From positions 1 through 54,217 of the IMG/VR virus record IMGVR_UViG_3300014050_000030: a DNA stretch of 54,217 bases. The stretch is one strand, 5' to 3'. The notes under the pieces are model-generated. The model was not told where the DNA came from. It ran no database searches and saw only the letters and a list, made by a program, of their open reading frames with translations. Below, one piece after another: positions 43,679-52,800 of the stretch; the stretch's first letter is position 1; each line of letters opens with the position of its first letter. The DNA is from a virus (Duplodnaviria > Caudoviricetes). Position numbers and translations under genes: made by a program.

Positions 43679-43952
43679 TTGGAATCCGCAATACCGTTCC
43701 GGCATCTATATTGAAGAAGTCTTTTATTTGCGGGTTGTATTCAGCAATAGCCCACCATAAATCGGGGCGGTTGAAGTATTTGTTTGCAATGCTTTCCAAC
43801 CGCTCCCCTTCTTTATAAATGTGCTCTACATAGTTAATTTTTAATAAAGAATCAGGGCGGTAAAAAACAATTGGAGTGAAGGGTCCATCAGCCTCTTTTT
43901 GAACGTAACCAACGTTTGATGTGTAATACCTAGACTGCGGATTGATAGCCAT
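43671..43952 (-). CDS. LysM / tail-X-like baseplate protein
   Basis: GERL..IA..Y......WW.IA..NP.......G..LRIP. Confidence 0.85.
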   Translation of the reverse strand: MAINPQSRYYTSNVGYVQKEADGPFTPIVFYRPDSLLKINYVEHIYKEGERLESIANKYFNRPDLWWAIAEYNPQIKDFFNIDAGTVLRIPNV

Positions 43953-44980
43953 TATTGAGACACCAACTTTCCTTTGGACGCCTTCCCTGCAGTTGCCATC
44001 AAGTTGAAGCTTAGAGATACGTCGGTCTCAATTGGAATCATTCCTTTTGTGAACGCATTGTGGGAAACAACCATGTTGCTGACATAGCCCAAATAAGAAA
44101 TAGGGCCGATGTCGATTCTTAAAAGAGTCGGGGTCAAGAACCCGATATCAGAGCTCTCAGCCATCTCTTTGGACAGAGCGTCATTTCTCCAACCCGGCCC
44201 ATTAATTGCTTTATAGAGATACTCAATATCTGCAACAGTTCCGCGCCTAGCCAGCTCTGTTAATTTTGCCTTAAAGGACTCATTAGTTTCTTTTGAATTT
44301 AAACCATGTTTATAAGCATTGCGCAAATCATTGAGGTTGGCATCGCTTATATTAAATTTCTGAGCGGAACCTTCGTTTGTACGGCCAGAACGCAAAGCAA
44401 AGAAATCATTTCGGCGGTCAAGTTTTATTGTCACGCTGAGCGCCTCACCGCTTGGAAAGGCGCCAACAACTCCCACAAATTTATCATAAGACGTGGGGGT
44501 GATATCTAAATTAACAGACACAGAAGTTTGAAAGTTTTGAGGATTCCAAAGAAATTGGAACCCGTATCTTGGGTCGTTTTTGTCCTTGCTTTGAAACGCC
44601 CCCGAGTAGGACGTGTTTACACGAGAATAGTAAAAAATTCTTCCGCGACGTTTTCTGTGCGTGGCATCCTCATCTTTAATACCAACGCTATCTACGGTTA
44701 AGTCGTCAAGATAAGTGTTGTCCACAGGCAAGCTTGAAATATGCGGGGGCAGGTTCCAGCTGTAGTTTTCTTGTATTTCCGCATACGTTGGTTTAGTTTC
44801 CGGAATGTCAGACTCAGGCTTTCCAGCGCCAGCAACACCGGGAAGTTTATCTGGGGCAAATCCCAGGCTTCCTCCAGAAGCATAACTAATCAATGCTTGA
44901 GCTTCAAAAGAATCAGTAGGCACACCGGCTGTTGTCGTCGCCTCATAATTAACAGCTGTGCTTTTTCCTAATGCAGCCAT
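43952..44980 (-). CDS. Putative tail tube initiator (CIS-tube-like)
   Basis: F.F.WNP, GYV.N..V.H..FT..MIP...; synteny between tape measure and LysM. Confidence 0.6.
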   Translation of the reverse strand: MAALGKSTAVNYEATTTAGVPTDSFEAQALISYASGGSLGFAPDKLPGVAGAGKPESDIPETKPTYAEIQENYSWNLPPHISSLPVDNTYLDDLTVDSVGIKDEDATHRKRRGRIFYYSRVNTSYSGAFQSKDKNDPRYGFQFLWNPQNFQTSVSVNLDITPTSYDKFVGVVGAFPSGEALSVTIKLDRRNDFFALRSGRTNEGSAQKFNISDANLNDLRNAYKHGLNSKETNESFKAKLTELARRGTVADIEYLYKAINGPGWRNDALSKEMAESSDIGFLTPTLLRIDIGPISYLGYVSNMVVSHNAFTKGMIPIETDVSLSFNLMATAGKASKGKLVSQ

Positions 44981-46473
44981 TATCCTCTACCCGCTCCCTT
45001 TTTAACCCAGTCCCAACTTATGTTTACATTTATAGGCTTTGTATTTAAAAACCCGGCAGTAGCTGGATTTATTGGATTAGGAATATTTGCACCAATACCT
45101 GGCGCCATTAAAGCCGAGCCGATTCCCACAACACCGCCTAATATGTCGGAAGCGCCCGTTGAAAAAGTTCTACCATATTTATTTATTTGGAATAGGTCTG
45201 TTAAAGAGGTTGTTGTGCTTGCCAGCAAACTGATTAACCCAGCTCCCGCACCATTTCCGGCACCTGCAAGAACCTCTAAAAATGATTGAAGTGCTGTAAC
45301 ACCTTTTATCATATCCCTATCAGCCAAGTTTGACAGTAAATCACTAATGCCTGAGACAACGGTATTTGCCTGAATAGTTCCCACATTCACGGGCGTGGCA
45401 AAATTCTGGGCAAGACGAGTGCCGACGGCATTCCTATTTGCGGTGCTAATCACAGTTTGGGTAAGGCCGCCGGTTTTAGCAAGCTCTGCTTTAGTGCCTA
45501 TTCCAGCCATTTTTGCGCCTTTGTTTCTTGCCTTTTGAATCAAAGCGGCAAGCACTGATTGGCGAAGATTTTCATCATTGCCAAAATATTGGTTGAGTAA
45601 GCTATCTAAAGCATTGCCGGACATTGCCGATACTGCAATAGCCTGCTCTGTCGGTTCTTCACCTGCGGCGTTTTTAAGAATGTCATACAAGTCATCAATA
45701 ATGGCAGGTATGTCCCGCATACCCGTGCCTTCTTCATTTCTGACATTGATACCAATCATTCGAAGCCTGTTCACACTTCGAGCTTGGTTTAATGCGGCAA
45801 CGGCTCCCATACCGCCTTGAAGACCAATGCCGGGGCTCAAATTAGAGAACAAAGAGGCGCCGCCCATGACACCGCCAAATTGTTGGGTTGCCCCAAAGTT
45901 TTTTAAACCTGGCAACAGCCCCGAACTTGCGGCGACATTTGATGCGTACATTGCGTCCATGTCGCTTGTAGCCAAGCCTAAAGAGGCGGCATTTAGCTGC
46001 ATGTTATACGCGTTTTCAAGAGAGATATTCCGGTTGTAAAAACCCATGCGCGAGCCGAACATCTCGGTATACATTGCCTTTTGCGGAGAGGGCGCAATCA
46101 TTCCCATAATTTGCTGAAGGCCTATAGATAAACCTCCGGCAGTTCCGATAATTCCGGAAATAGTCCCGGGGACAAATCTATTTTTATTTGTTTTAGGGTC
46201 TATATCTTGATAGTCACTGACGTAGTCTCTAGTTGTTCCGCCTACCCCACCAGCGCTAAGGCCAAACCCCTCATCATTTGGAAACGGGGTGGAGGTGCTG
46301 TAACCGCCTCCACCGCGACCGCCTCCGCGCCCGCCATAAGATAAGGAATTAACAGCATCTAAAACTGTTGAAAAATTAGCACTGATGTTGCCGGAGAACT
46401 GTTGCAGCTTCTCCATGAAACCGTTGAGAGACGCCAGGAAATTTATATTCCTGAGCTCATCATCATCAGCCAT
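44980..46473 (-). CDS. Short tape measure protein
   Basis: Ala/Gly-rich helical protein directly after the tail chaperone genes. Confidence 0.65.
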   Translation of the reverse strand: MADDDELRNINFLASLNGFMEKLQQFSGNISANFSTVLDAVNSLSYGGRGGGRGGGGYSTSTPFPNDEGFGLSAGGVGGTTRDYVSDYQDIDPKTNKNRFVPGTISGIIGTAGGLSIGLQQIMGMIAPSPQKAMYTEMFGSRMGFYNRNISLENAYNMQLNAASLGLATSDMDAMYASNVAASSGLLPGLKNFGATQQFGGVMGGASLFSNLSPGIGLQGGMGAVAALNQARSVNRLRMIGINVRNEEGTGMRDIPAIIDDLYDILKNAAGEEPTEQAIAVSAMSGNALDSLLNQYFGNDENLRQSVLAALIQKARNKGAKMAGIGTKAELAKTGGLTQTVISTANRNAVGTRLAQNFATPVNVGTIQANTVVSGISDLLSNLADRDMIKGVTALQSFLEVLAGAGNGAGAGLISLLASTTTSLTDLFQINKYGRTFSTGASDILGGVVGIGSALMAPGIGANIPNPINPATAGFLNTKPINVNISWDWVKKGAGRG

Positions 46474-46591
46474 TGCTCTTACCTCTAACCGCTCTTAAAA
46501 TCCAATTTTGGCGTTGTCTGAAAGAAAGGCCGCGAATATCAGATAGCGACCAGCCCGTGAAGACTCTTGTCAAGCCTTCGTATTGGTCCAT
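46466..46591 (-). CDS. Second tail assembly chaperone segment (likely frameshift extension), not in ORF track
   Basis: MDQYEGLTRVFTGWSLSDIRGLSFRQRQNW...; GW...I..L....R..W pattern; frame open back to about 46639. Confidence 0.7.
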   Translation of the reverse strand: MDQYEGLTRVFTGWSLSDIRGLSFRQRQNWILRAVRGKSNG

Positions 46592-46610
46592 TAAGCTCTC
46601 AAAGTATTTT

Positions 46611-47408
46611 TCACCAAATTCGAAACAAAGACTGAAGGCTTAACGGAATCATAATCTCGTTCCCGCAAGCCCCACATGCCTTCTTCACCCCCCCGAGGCG
46701 TGGACCCGGAGCTCCAGCTGAAATCAGGTCTATAACGGTAGACCTATCCTGGAGCCCTAGGCTTAATGCCACGGAGTTGCCCACAACCGGTTCCCCGTTC
46801 AAAGAGAGAATGCATCCGGCTAGGACAAGGGTGACCAACTCGGCTGTTGTTTTGTTGACAGCCTCGGCCACTTTTCTTTGGGTGATTCCGTTTGGATAAG
46901 CAACTACTAGCTTTCCTAATTTAGTATCGACTGAAAAAGTCTTGGAAAAACCTTCTTCATTATTGAATGTTTTTACTTCAATATCATTCAACAAGTCGAT
47001 GTTGACCGATTGATGCGTCGAGCAGCTAGGGCAGTTGATATTAAAAGCTTCAACTGTTCCGAATGTTACGCGTCTGATAGCCAAAAGCAGGGTGTCCCTG
47101 TCGCCTGCAAGCAAGGAGTCGAGTTCCAATTCGCCCGGAATGGTGTTGCCTAGCTTCACCACACCGCGCTGGAGGATTACATTTAATTTTGCGCCTGGAT
47201 TTTCAATGACGGAAATTACTTCTTCATCGGCTCCGTTAAGTTCCCGTACTTCGGCGGTTTTTACAAACTCGCCATTTGGAAGCCTGACCCCGCCAGGTAA
47301 ACTTACCAGCGTGTCCGTAGGCGGAGTCGTTTTCACGGCCTCCGTGTAATTTGTTACACTCTCAGCTAATTGTGTGACAATATTAGGGTCGGTAATTATT
47401 TTACTCAT
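46611..47408 (-). CDS. Tail assembly chaperone (T4 gp26-like)
   Basis: VRELNG.DEE, GDRD.LL..IR..TFG, CPSC, CGACG; follows tube gene. Confidence 0.8.
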   Translation of the reverse strand: MSKIITDPNIVTQLAESVTNYTEAVKTTPPTDTLVSLPGGVRLPNGEFVKTAEVRELNGADEEVISVIENPGAKLNVILQRGVVKLGNTIPGELELDSLLAGDRDTLLLAIRRVTFGTVEAFNINCPSCSTHQSVNIDLLNDIEVKTFNNEEGFSKTFSVDTKLGKLVVAYPNGITQRKVAEAVNKTTAELVTLVLAGCILSLNGEPVVGNSVALSLGLQDRSTVIDLISAGAPGPRLGGVKKACGACGNEIMIPLSLQSLFRIW

Positions 47409-47416
47409 GATTCACC

Positions 47417-48055
47417 TTAGGTCAGGACGTTATACGCAGGAGCTCCGGTTGCGCTGGGGGCAGGCTTGCCCTTTTCATCAGTGAAATATACACCAAGACC
47501 CTCGTGGACGAAGGTCATAGTCTCGAAATGCAGTTCGTTGCCGCCCGCGTTTAAACCACGGTATTGAACGCCGCTGAGCCATGCATTGCGGACCAAGAAC
47601 GCCATGCGAGGAGCTGCGTCATCGCTTTGGCCAGCAGCAGGGTGGTCGAGCACCGTGATTTTAATATCGCACCGGAAGTCCTTTAAAGTACCGGTCTTCT
47701 GCGGCCCTGTGGTAACCGGAAGGGCAATGCCCTCACCCGTCGTAGCCGCAAAAAGACCGCGCATCCAAGTGATTGCCTGGTCCTGCCCGTAGAGCACACC
47801 ACGGCTCATGGTAATCGGGCTGTAGTTGACCATGCCCGGGACGTTATGCACGGTGGCGTTGTAGCCGCCCTCACGGTAGGTGATTGGCTGCACAACGGTA
47901 GCCAGACCGTCAATATTTGTGAAGCCTCCCGTGAAAGTGAAGATGCTTTCATCAAAAATAGGGTTTCCATTGGCGGGTTTTAAAAACTGCGCACGGAATC
48001 TAAACCCTCTTAACGGGTCTGTCTGGATAGACGAGAACGCGCTGATATTGCTCAT
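47417..48055 (-). CDS. Tail tube protein (T4 gp19-like)
   Basis: DPLR.FRF, GF....GL, YREGG, PG...Y.PIT..RG, NAW, HEG. Confidence 0.92.
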   Translation of the reverse strand: MSNISAFSSIQTDPLRGFRFRAQFLKPANGNPIFDESIFTFTGGFTNIDGLATVVQPITYREGGYNATVHNVPGMVNYSPITMSRGVLYGQDQAITWMRGLFAATTGEGIALPVTTGPQKTGTLKDFRCDIKITVLDHPAAGQSDDAAPRMAFLVRNAWLSGVQYRGLNAGGNELHFETMTFVHEGLGVYFTDEKGKPAPSATGAPAYNVLT

Positions 48056-48061
48056 AATTTA

Positions 48062-50053
48062 TTATCCTACCGTTGAGATGGAAGCGCCAGTGTTGGTCTG
48101 GCCGATTTTGATGATGATGAATTCAGCAGGTCTGGTCAGAGCCACGCCCACCTCGATGTTCAACTCGCCGTTGTTAATGGAATTAGCAGTGTTGTTCGTG
48201 TCATCGCATTTAACATAAAATGCCTGCTGAGCGGTGGAGCCAGCAAGCCCGCCATCAGTCCAGAACTTGTAAAGGAAACTGTTTACCGTGTTAGTAACCG
48301 CGTCCCAAAGCAATTGGGTATTGGGCTCAAATACATATGCAGCAGTCAAATCTGACAGTTGCTTGCCCAAGTAAATAAGCGAGCGCCGAGTTGAAACATA
48401 CCGTTCCGTGCTTGTGGAGCTGAGAGTTCGGGCACCCATGATGCAGAATCCGGACCCGGGCACCGTCTTTATGATGTTGATGGAGACAGGGTTGTTGTTC
48501 AACTTGGAGTAATCCGAGGTTGAGATTCCCTTGACGGCAATGGCATCTTGGACAATCGATTTTGTGCCTGCAGGTGACTTATAGACACCGCGAGCAACGT
48601 CCGTCGATACATACGCTGCCGAGACAGCCCCGCCTGCAGGAATTGTCTTTGGAGTTGGCGACCCCGGGTATTTGGCATCGGCAACTTGAATCTGCGGATA
48701 GTAAGCCGCGCCATATTTGGCGCTTGCTTGCGAGTAGCTGTTCACCGTGGCAAGAACATTGGTGACGGTGTCATTGGCGCAGTCAATTACCGCAAATGCG
48801 TCTTTTCTTCCGGCAGCATAGGCAAGAATCTTGTCAATATTTGTCTTGCTGGTGATGTTGGGGAAGTTAAACACAAGAGGTCCTGATACACCGTCAAGAC
48901 GGGCAAGCTGCTTGTCAAGGTCGGAATCTTGCGTGCCATTGCTTCCGGACGTGACAGCGCTGGCATTTGCGGTAGCAGCCGTGCCAACTTTAATAGCGGT
49001 CTTAGTAAAATTCTGAACATTGTAGTTCAGTTTTCCGTCCCCGCTACCGGCTGCAGTGATATTTGCAGATGTAGTGGAGGTTGACCAAGTTCCGGTGAAC
49101 ACCGGAAGGCGGAATCGGCTGGTCGAGCTTGCCGCAGTTGTGCCAAGAGTAACCGTAATCCAATTAGAGTTAATTACTTTCAAAAAGTAATTATTATCGT
49201 CGGAGTTCATGCTGAGGTTGAACCAGCGCTCCACAACCTTTGAGTTAGCCGCGTCGATGTTCAAATCCCCGTATGTTGTTGCTGCCGTTGAGTAATAGAC
49301 AACCAGGTCAAACAGCAACTCGCTTCCACTGTTCGGGTAAATACCGACCCACAAGCTGTTGCCCCAAGTGCCGTGGTCCTTGGCAGAGACGACAAGAGAA
49401 GTTGTGGTGCTGTTTATCGCACCAGTAACCGTGATGCCAGAAGCCTGTGTGGCAGTAGTGACGTCGGTAGAACCGGTCCACACCAAAGTAGCCACAGTGT
49501 TTGTGTTGGTTGACACCACCCAGTCGCCGGTGTTCAAGAAAGTAAAGCCTGTTGCGGTAACACCGGCAAAGTCAATCGCGGTTCCCGAAGCAAGGTTGGC
49601 AAACGGTGTTCCTGATGCAGCTGTGATAGTCAGTTGGTTAGACGCGGTAGCAGTTGCAAAAGTCCAGTTGACGCTGCCTTGCGTGATGGACGCGTTCTGG
49701 TCACGCAATGAGGAGCTTGCTTTTGCAGCGTTTGTCGCAACAATGTCGCGGATGATGTACGCCTGACCGCCGCCATTGTCAAAAAACGATTTAACCGCGT
49801 ATTTAAGGTCGGTGGCATTTGACCAGATGTCAGCATTTGATGCCGAGCTGCCATAGCTGAAGTAGGTCTTGAAGTCCTCAAAACTGGTGACAAGCGTAGG
49901 AACGCCAACAACAGTGCTGTTGTCGTCCACCGTCGTCGGGCCCCTATCGGAGCTGCCCACAAAGGCGGCAACAGAGGTAATATTATTAATAGCCGTGGTT
50001 CCGCCCAAAATAGAGATTTCCTCCACTGTGACTGAGCCGGGGGTCTGAGCCAT
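48062..50053 (-). CDS. Contractile tail sheath protein
   Basis: PG.V.VEE, AAFVG...RGP, FF.NGG, GV.K.PAG, GARTL, VFEPN, PAEFI. Confidence 0.95.
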   Translation of the reverse strand: MAQTPGSVTVEEISILGGTTAINNITSVAAFVGSSDRGPTTVDDNSTVVGVPTLVTSFEDFKTYFSYGSSASNADIWSNATDLKYAVKSFFDNGGGQAYIIRDIVATNAAKASSSLRDQNASITQGSVNWTFATATASNQLTITAASGTPFANLASGTAIDFAGVTATGFTFLNTGDWVVSTNTNTVATLVWTGSTDVTTATQASGITVTGAINSTTTSLVVSAKDHGTWGNSLWVGIYPNSGSELLFDLVVYYSTAATTYGDLNIDAANSKVVERWFNLSMNSDDNNYFLKVINSNWITVTLGTTAASSTSRFRLPVFTGTWSTSTTSANITAAGSGDGKLNYNVQNFTKTAIKVGTAATANASAVTSGSNGTQDSDLDKQLARLDGVSGPLVFNFPNITSKTNIDKILAYAAGRKDAFAVIDCANDTVTNVLATVNSYSQASAKYGAAYYPQIQVADAKYPGSPTPKTIPAGGAVSAAYVSTDVARGVYKSPAGTKSIVQDAIAVKGISTSDYSKLNNNPVSINIIKTVPGSGFCIMGARTLSSTSTERYVSTRRSLIYLGKQLSDLTAAYVFEPNTQLLWDAVTNTVNSFLYKFWTDGGLAGSTAQQAFYVKCDDTNNTANSINNGELNIEVGVALTRPAEFIIIKIGQTNTGASISTVG

Positions 50054-50072
50054 CACTTCTCCTTGATAAGTT

Positions 50073-50696
50073 CTATACCGCTGTCATACCATCTGGTATA
50101 GACAGTGTACCTTGGTTTATTAGCACTTCGTCTACTGTACGAATGCTTGCTGCTGCCTCAGGAGTCATTTCGCTGACCACCCGCACCGTGTAAATATTCC
50201 TCAAAAGCCGTTTATTTCCCGAGGTGGCGTCATTGTCCACCGTGTCCCGTTTTGCAAACATATCCAAGAACATGTGCCTATAAGCAGTCTCTGTTCCCAA
50301 ATCATTCTCAACCGGCAAAAATCCGTATTTTGACGGAAATTTGCGGTGCATTTGTAAAATTATCGCCCGGTCATGCCGAGGATGCCGGGAGTAAGTCGTC
50401 AGCTGGTACTCCAGGTCATATGCCACAGGAGTTGTATATTGGTACAGATAATTATTTTCTGGCGCAATAGTTCCCATGTAATCATTGTCTTTATTGATAC
50501 CATAAGTCTGGCGCTCATTGGCCGGACGGATATCAATCAAGTCAATTGTGACAAAGGGGAAAATCTGCTGCCGGAGTTCCACATCCGGGTAACCAAACCA
50601 GACGCCAACAGGGCGGCTTGCGCTTTTCTCGTCAGACACGGTCATGCCGGAAAGATAGGTCTTAATAGCCGCGTCTTCAGCAAGGGCAAAAGTCAT
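50073..50696 (-). CDS. Putative tail terminator / neck protein
   Basis: Synteny upstream of sheath; V.F..PD.E.....FP..TIDL. Confidence 0.6.
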   Translation of the reverse strand: MTFALAEDAAIKTYLSGMTVSDEKSASRPVGVWFGYPDVELRQQIFPFVTIDLIDIRPANERQTYGINKDNDYMGTIAPENNYLYQYTTPVAYDLEYQLTTYSRHPRHDRAIILQMHRKFPSKYGFLPVENDLGTETAYRHMFLDMFAKRDTVDNDATSGNKRLLRNIYTVRVVSEMTPEAAASIRTVDEVLINQGTLSIPDGMTAV

Positions 50697-50998
50697 AGCA
50701 TTTTCCTCATAATATCTATGACCTTGCTTGCAGCGGCATCGTTGACAGCGTTGCCGATATTTGCCGTGAACCGACGCATGGCAGGTCGCGGTTTCATGGT
50801 CTGGTTGCCGTATTCCAAGTCATCAATTTTAGATTTCAAATCGGGTTTATAACTAAGGCAAATTTTATTGTCTTTTACTTTTACCTTTATTTGGTCTATG
50901 ACGTCTTCAGGCCAGCCAGCCGTTTCTGCGTATTTTTTAAATGCCTTTTGAAGGCTAGGTTCTAATTTCTTGAAATGAGAGGGGGTCTTATCTTCCAC
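50693..50998 (-). CDS. Putative neck / tail completion protein
   Basis: LEYG.....PRP..R.F motif; synteny. Confidence 0.55.
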   Translation of the reverse strand: MEDKTPSHFKKLEPSLQKAFKKYAETAGWPEDVIDQIKVKVKDNKICLSYKPDLKSKIDDLEYGNQTMKPRPAMRRFTANIGNAVNDAAASKVIDIMRKML

Positions 50999-51116
50999 GG
51001 CCCACCGCCCCGGCAATAATAAAAAGCCAGGGCATAAACTCTGCCCTTGCGTATTCATCACCGCTGATTACACCATGGAGGAAGTCTGCAGGGGATGCTT
51101 TAGAAACATCATACAT
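50988..51116 (-). CDS. Small hypothetical protein (42 aa, hydrophobic C-terminus), not in ORF track
   Basis: GGAGG RBS; MYDVSKASPADFLHG...WLFIIAGAVGRGR. Confidence 0.55.
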   Translation of the reverse strand: MYDVSKASPADFLHGVISGDEYARAEFMPWLFIIAGAVGRGR

Positions 51117-51191
51117 GGCAACCTCCAGAGGAGCGGCAATAATCAGCAAGGTATTTCCGCCACTGCAGTGTGGCTAATTTAATTATAAAGG

Positions 51192-51213
51192 AAAAAGCCC
51201 CCTTTCGGGGGCT
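51192..51213 (-). terminator. Intrinsic terminator
   Basis: Minus strand AGCCCCC-GAAA-GGGGGCT-TTTTCCTTT. Confidence 0.85.
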
Positions 51214-51220
51214 CAATCCA

Positions 51221-51781
51221 TCAATCAAATGGGTTCAAAGTATGGTAGATATCCTTGAACTGTTGGCCCACCCAACTAGCCCCTTGTTCAAACTCTTCTC
51301 CAATACTTTTTCCGGTTTCGCCCAAAAGTTTTGCCGTGTTAAAACCAGTTGCCGCATCAAGCCCTACAACAAAAGCAACGCCGGGAAGAGCTTTTCTTGC
51401 CCCATGCACAATTCTTCCGCCCGCGCTCCCGTACCTACGGTAACGTTGCCCTTGTTTTTGAAGGCTTTTATCTATTTTTGGAGCATTAACAATTTCAGCA
51501 GCGGCAATGTCTTCCCGAGCTTGTTTAGCTTTATCCGCCGTTTTTGTAATTTTGGCAGAAGCTTTCTGTTGTCTAACTTCCGCCCTAGCCTTCCCCCTGC
51601 GCTCAGCTTTAAGTTCTTTTTGGCCCTTTTTCATCATGCCCTCTAATGACAAAGGTCTACGACCACCACTGCCTGGACGCCCGCCTTTTGGCCCACCGCC
51701 AACACGAGCGGCAGCACCTGTATCGCTTCCGCCTTTTTGCTCTCCGCCGGAAGCCCCTTCATCTGGGTCTGTAAAAGCCAT
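51221..51781 (-). CDS. Hypothetical protein (Gly-rich N-terminus, basic helical middle)
   Basis: ORF ending just before terminator. Confidence 0.65.
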   Translation of the reverse strand: MAFTDPDEGASGGEQKGGSDTGAAARVGGGPKGGRPGSGGRRPLSLEGMMKKGQKELKAERRGKARAEVRQQKASAKITKTADKAKQAREDIAAAEIVNAPKIDKSLQKQGQRYRRYGSAGGRIVHGARKALPGVAFVVGLDAATGFNTAKLLGETGKSIGEEFEQGASWVGQQFKDIYHTLNPFD

Positions 51782-51790
51782 TTTAAATCC

Positions 51791-51898
51791 TTATTTCTTA
51801 GTTGCTTTTTTAGCCGCAGGCTTGCATGTCGCGCATTTGCACTTGCAGCCCTTGACAGGGGCGCCCTTCTTGCACTTACATCCACATCCAGCGCACAT
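51791..51898 (-). CDS. Metallothionein-like Cys/Lys-rich microprotein (35 aa), not in ORF track
   Basis: MCAGCGCKCKKGAPVKGCKCKCATCKPAAKKATKK; TAATG coupling and AAGGG RBS. Confidence 0.7.
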   Translation of the reverse strand: MCAGCGCKCKKGAPVKGCKCKCATCKPAAKKATKK

Positions 51899-52059
51899 TA
51901 TTTTTTACCCTTCTTTCGGGCCGCAGCCGCGTTGTCTACTAAATTGGGGTACGGACGCCCCGCTGCCTTGGCTTTAGCTTTAGCAGAAGCCTTCTGCTTG
52001 GGAGACAGTTTCTTGTCCTTGCCAGAAGGGTCTTTCTTGTCCCAGAATGCCTTAGCCAT
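51898..52059 (-). CDS. Small Lys/Ala-rich basic protein (53 aa), not in ORF track
   Basis: MAKAFWDKKDP...AKAKAKAAGRPYPNLVDN...; coupled at both ends. Confidence 0.75.
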   Translation of the reverse strand: MAKAFWDKKDPSGKDKKLSPKQKASAKAKAKAAGRPYPNLVDNAAAARKKGKK

Positions 52060-52274
52060 CAGCCGTTCTTCCTATGGTAGTTCTTGGTGGCCTTGACACC
52101 CTGAGAGATGGTTTTAGCCCCGGCTTTCTTTGTAAGATTAATTCTATCCCATTTTCCGCTTTTTTTCCCAAGATGGTCAACGACAATATCGCCGCCTTTT
52201 TTGTAAACGGCATGGCCTTTACCATCGGGAGCAGTGAACTTTGCCACTTTTTTGGGGGTTTCTTTTTTTGCCAT
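52059..52274 (-). CDS. Small basic protein (71 aa)
   Basis: AAGGA RBS; MAKKETPKK...IVVDH...INLTKKAG. Confidence 0.7.
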   Translation of the reverse strand: MAKKETPKKVAKFTAPDGKGHAVYKKGGDIVVDHLGKKSGKWDRINLTKKAGAKTISQGVKATKNYHRKNG

Positions 52275-52284
52275 TTTTATTTCC

Positions 52285-52800
52285 TTATTGTGCGTAGCTC
52301 TGGAACTGCGGGTCGTTGACCATTTCTTCCGGCATAATTTGCTGGCAGTCAAACGAGATGATTGTGAATCTTTCTGAAATTATACCGTGCATCTGAGACG
52401 CGTATGGGCGAAATACCTCGTCTTTCCACACCACGCGGTCACGGTTCAAGGGGTCTGGATTATCCAGAACGTCCGGGATATAACGCATAAGCTCGTCTTT
52501 ATCCAGAGTCAGGTGCAGATAGTCAGCGTTGTAGAAACCGCGCTCGATAAACGGCGTGGCACCCTGCTTAATGACAGCTCTAATCACAGGAACCTGAATT
52601 GGCTCTCGCCATTGACGGCCTTCCCCGTCGTCAGTGCCCACATCATAAATAGGGTCAACGTGACTAACCGGAGGCGCTTCCCAGACATACCATAAAACAG
52701 AGGAGCCAACGGGAACAGTTAAATCCGCCGAAATACCTTTTAATATGTCATTAGTCTCAAAATCAGAATCAAATCTGCCGCCGGGAGTATATGACCTCAT
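52285..52800 (-). CDS. Putative head-closure / neck protein
   Basis: DPIYDVG..G..W..P, GFY..D.L, DRVVW...F; synteny. Confidence 0.55.
   Translation of the reverse strand: MRSYTPGGRFDSDFETNDILKGISADLTVPVGSSVLWYVWEAPPVSHVDPIYDVGTDDGEGRQWREPIQVPVIRAVIKQGATPFIERGFYNADYLHLTLDKDELMRYIPDVLDNPDPLNRDRVVWKDEVFRPYASQMHGIISERFTIISFDCQQIMPEEMVNDPQFQSYAQ

Noticed and set aside
36437-50696. Extracellular contractile injection system or tailocin
   Set aside because: The genes are embedded with phage replication genes and tRNAs; capsid genes are probably just outside the window
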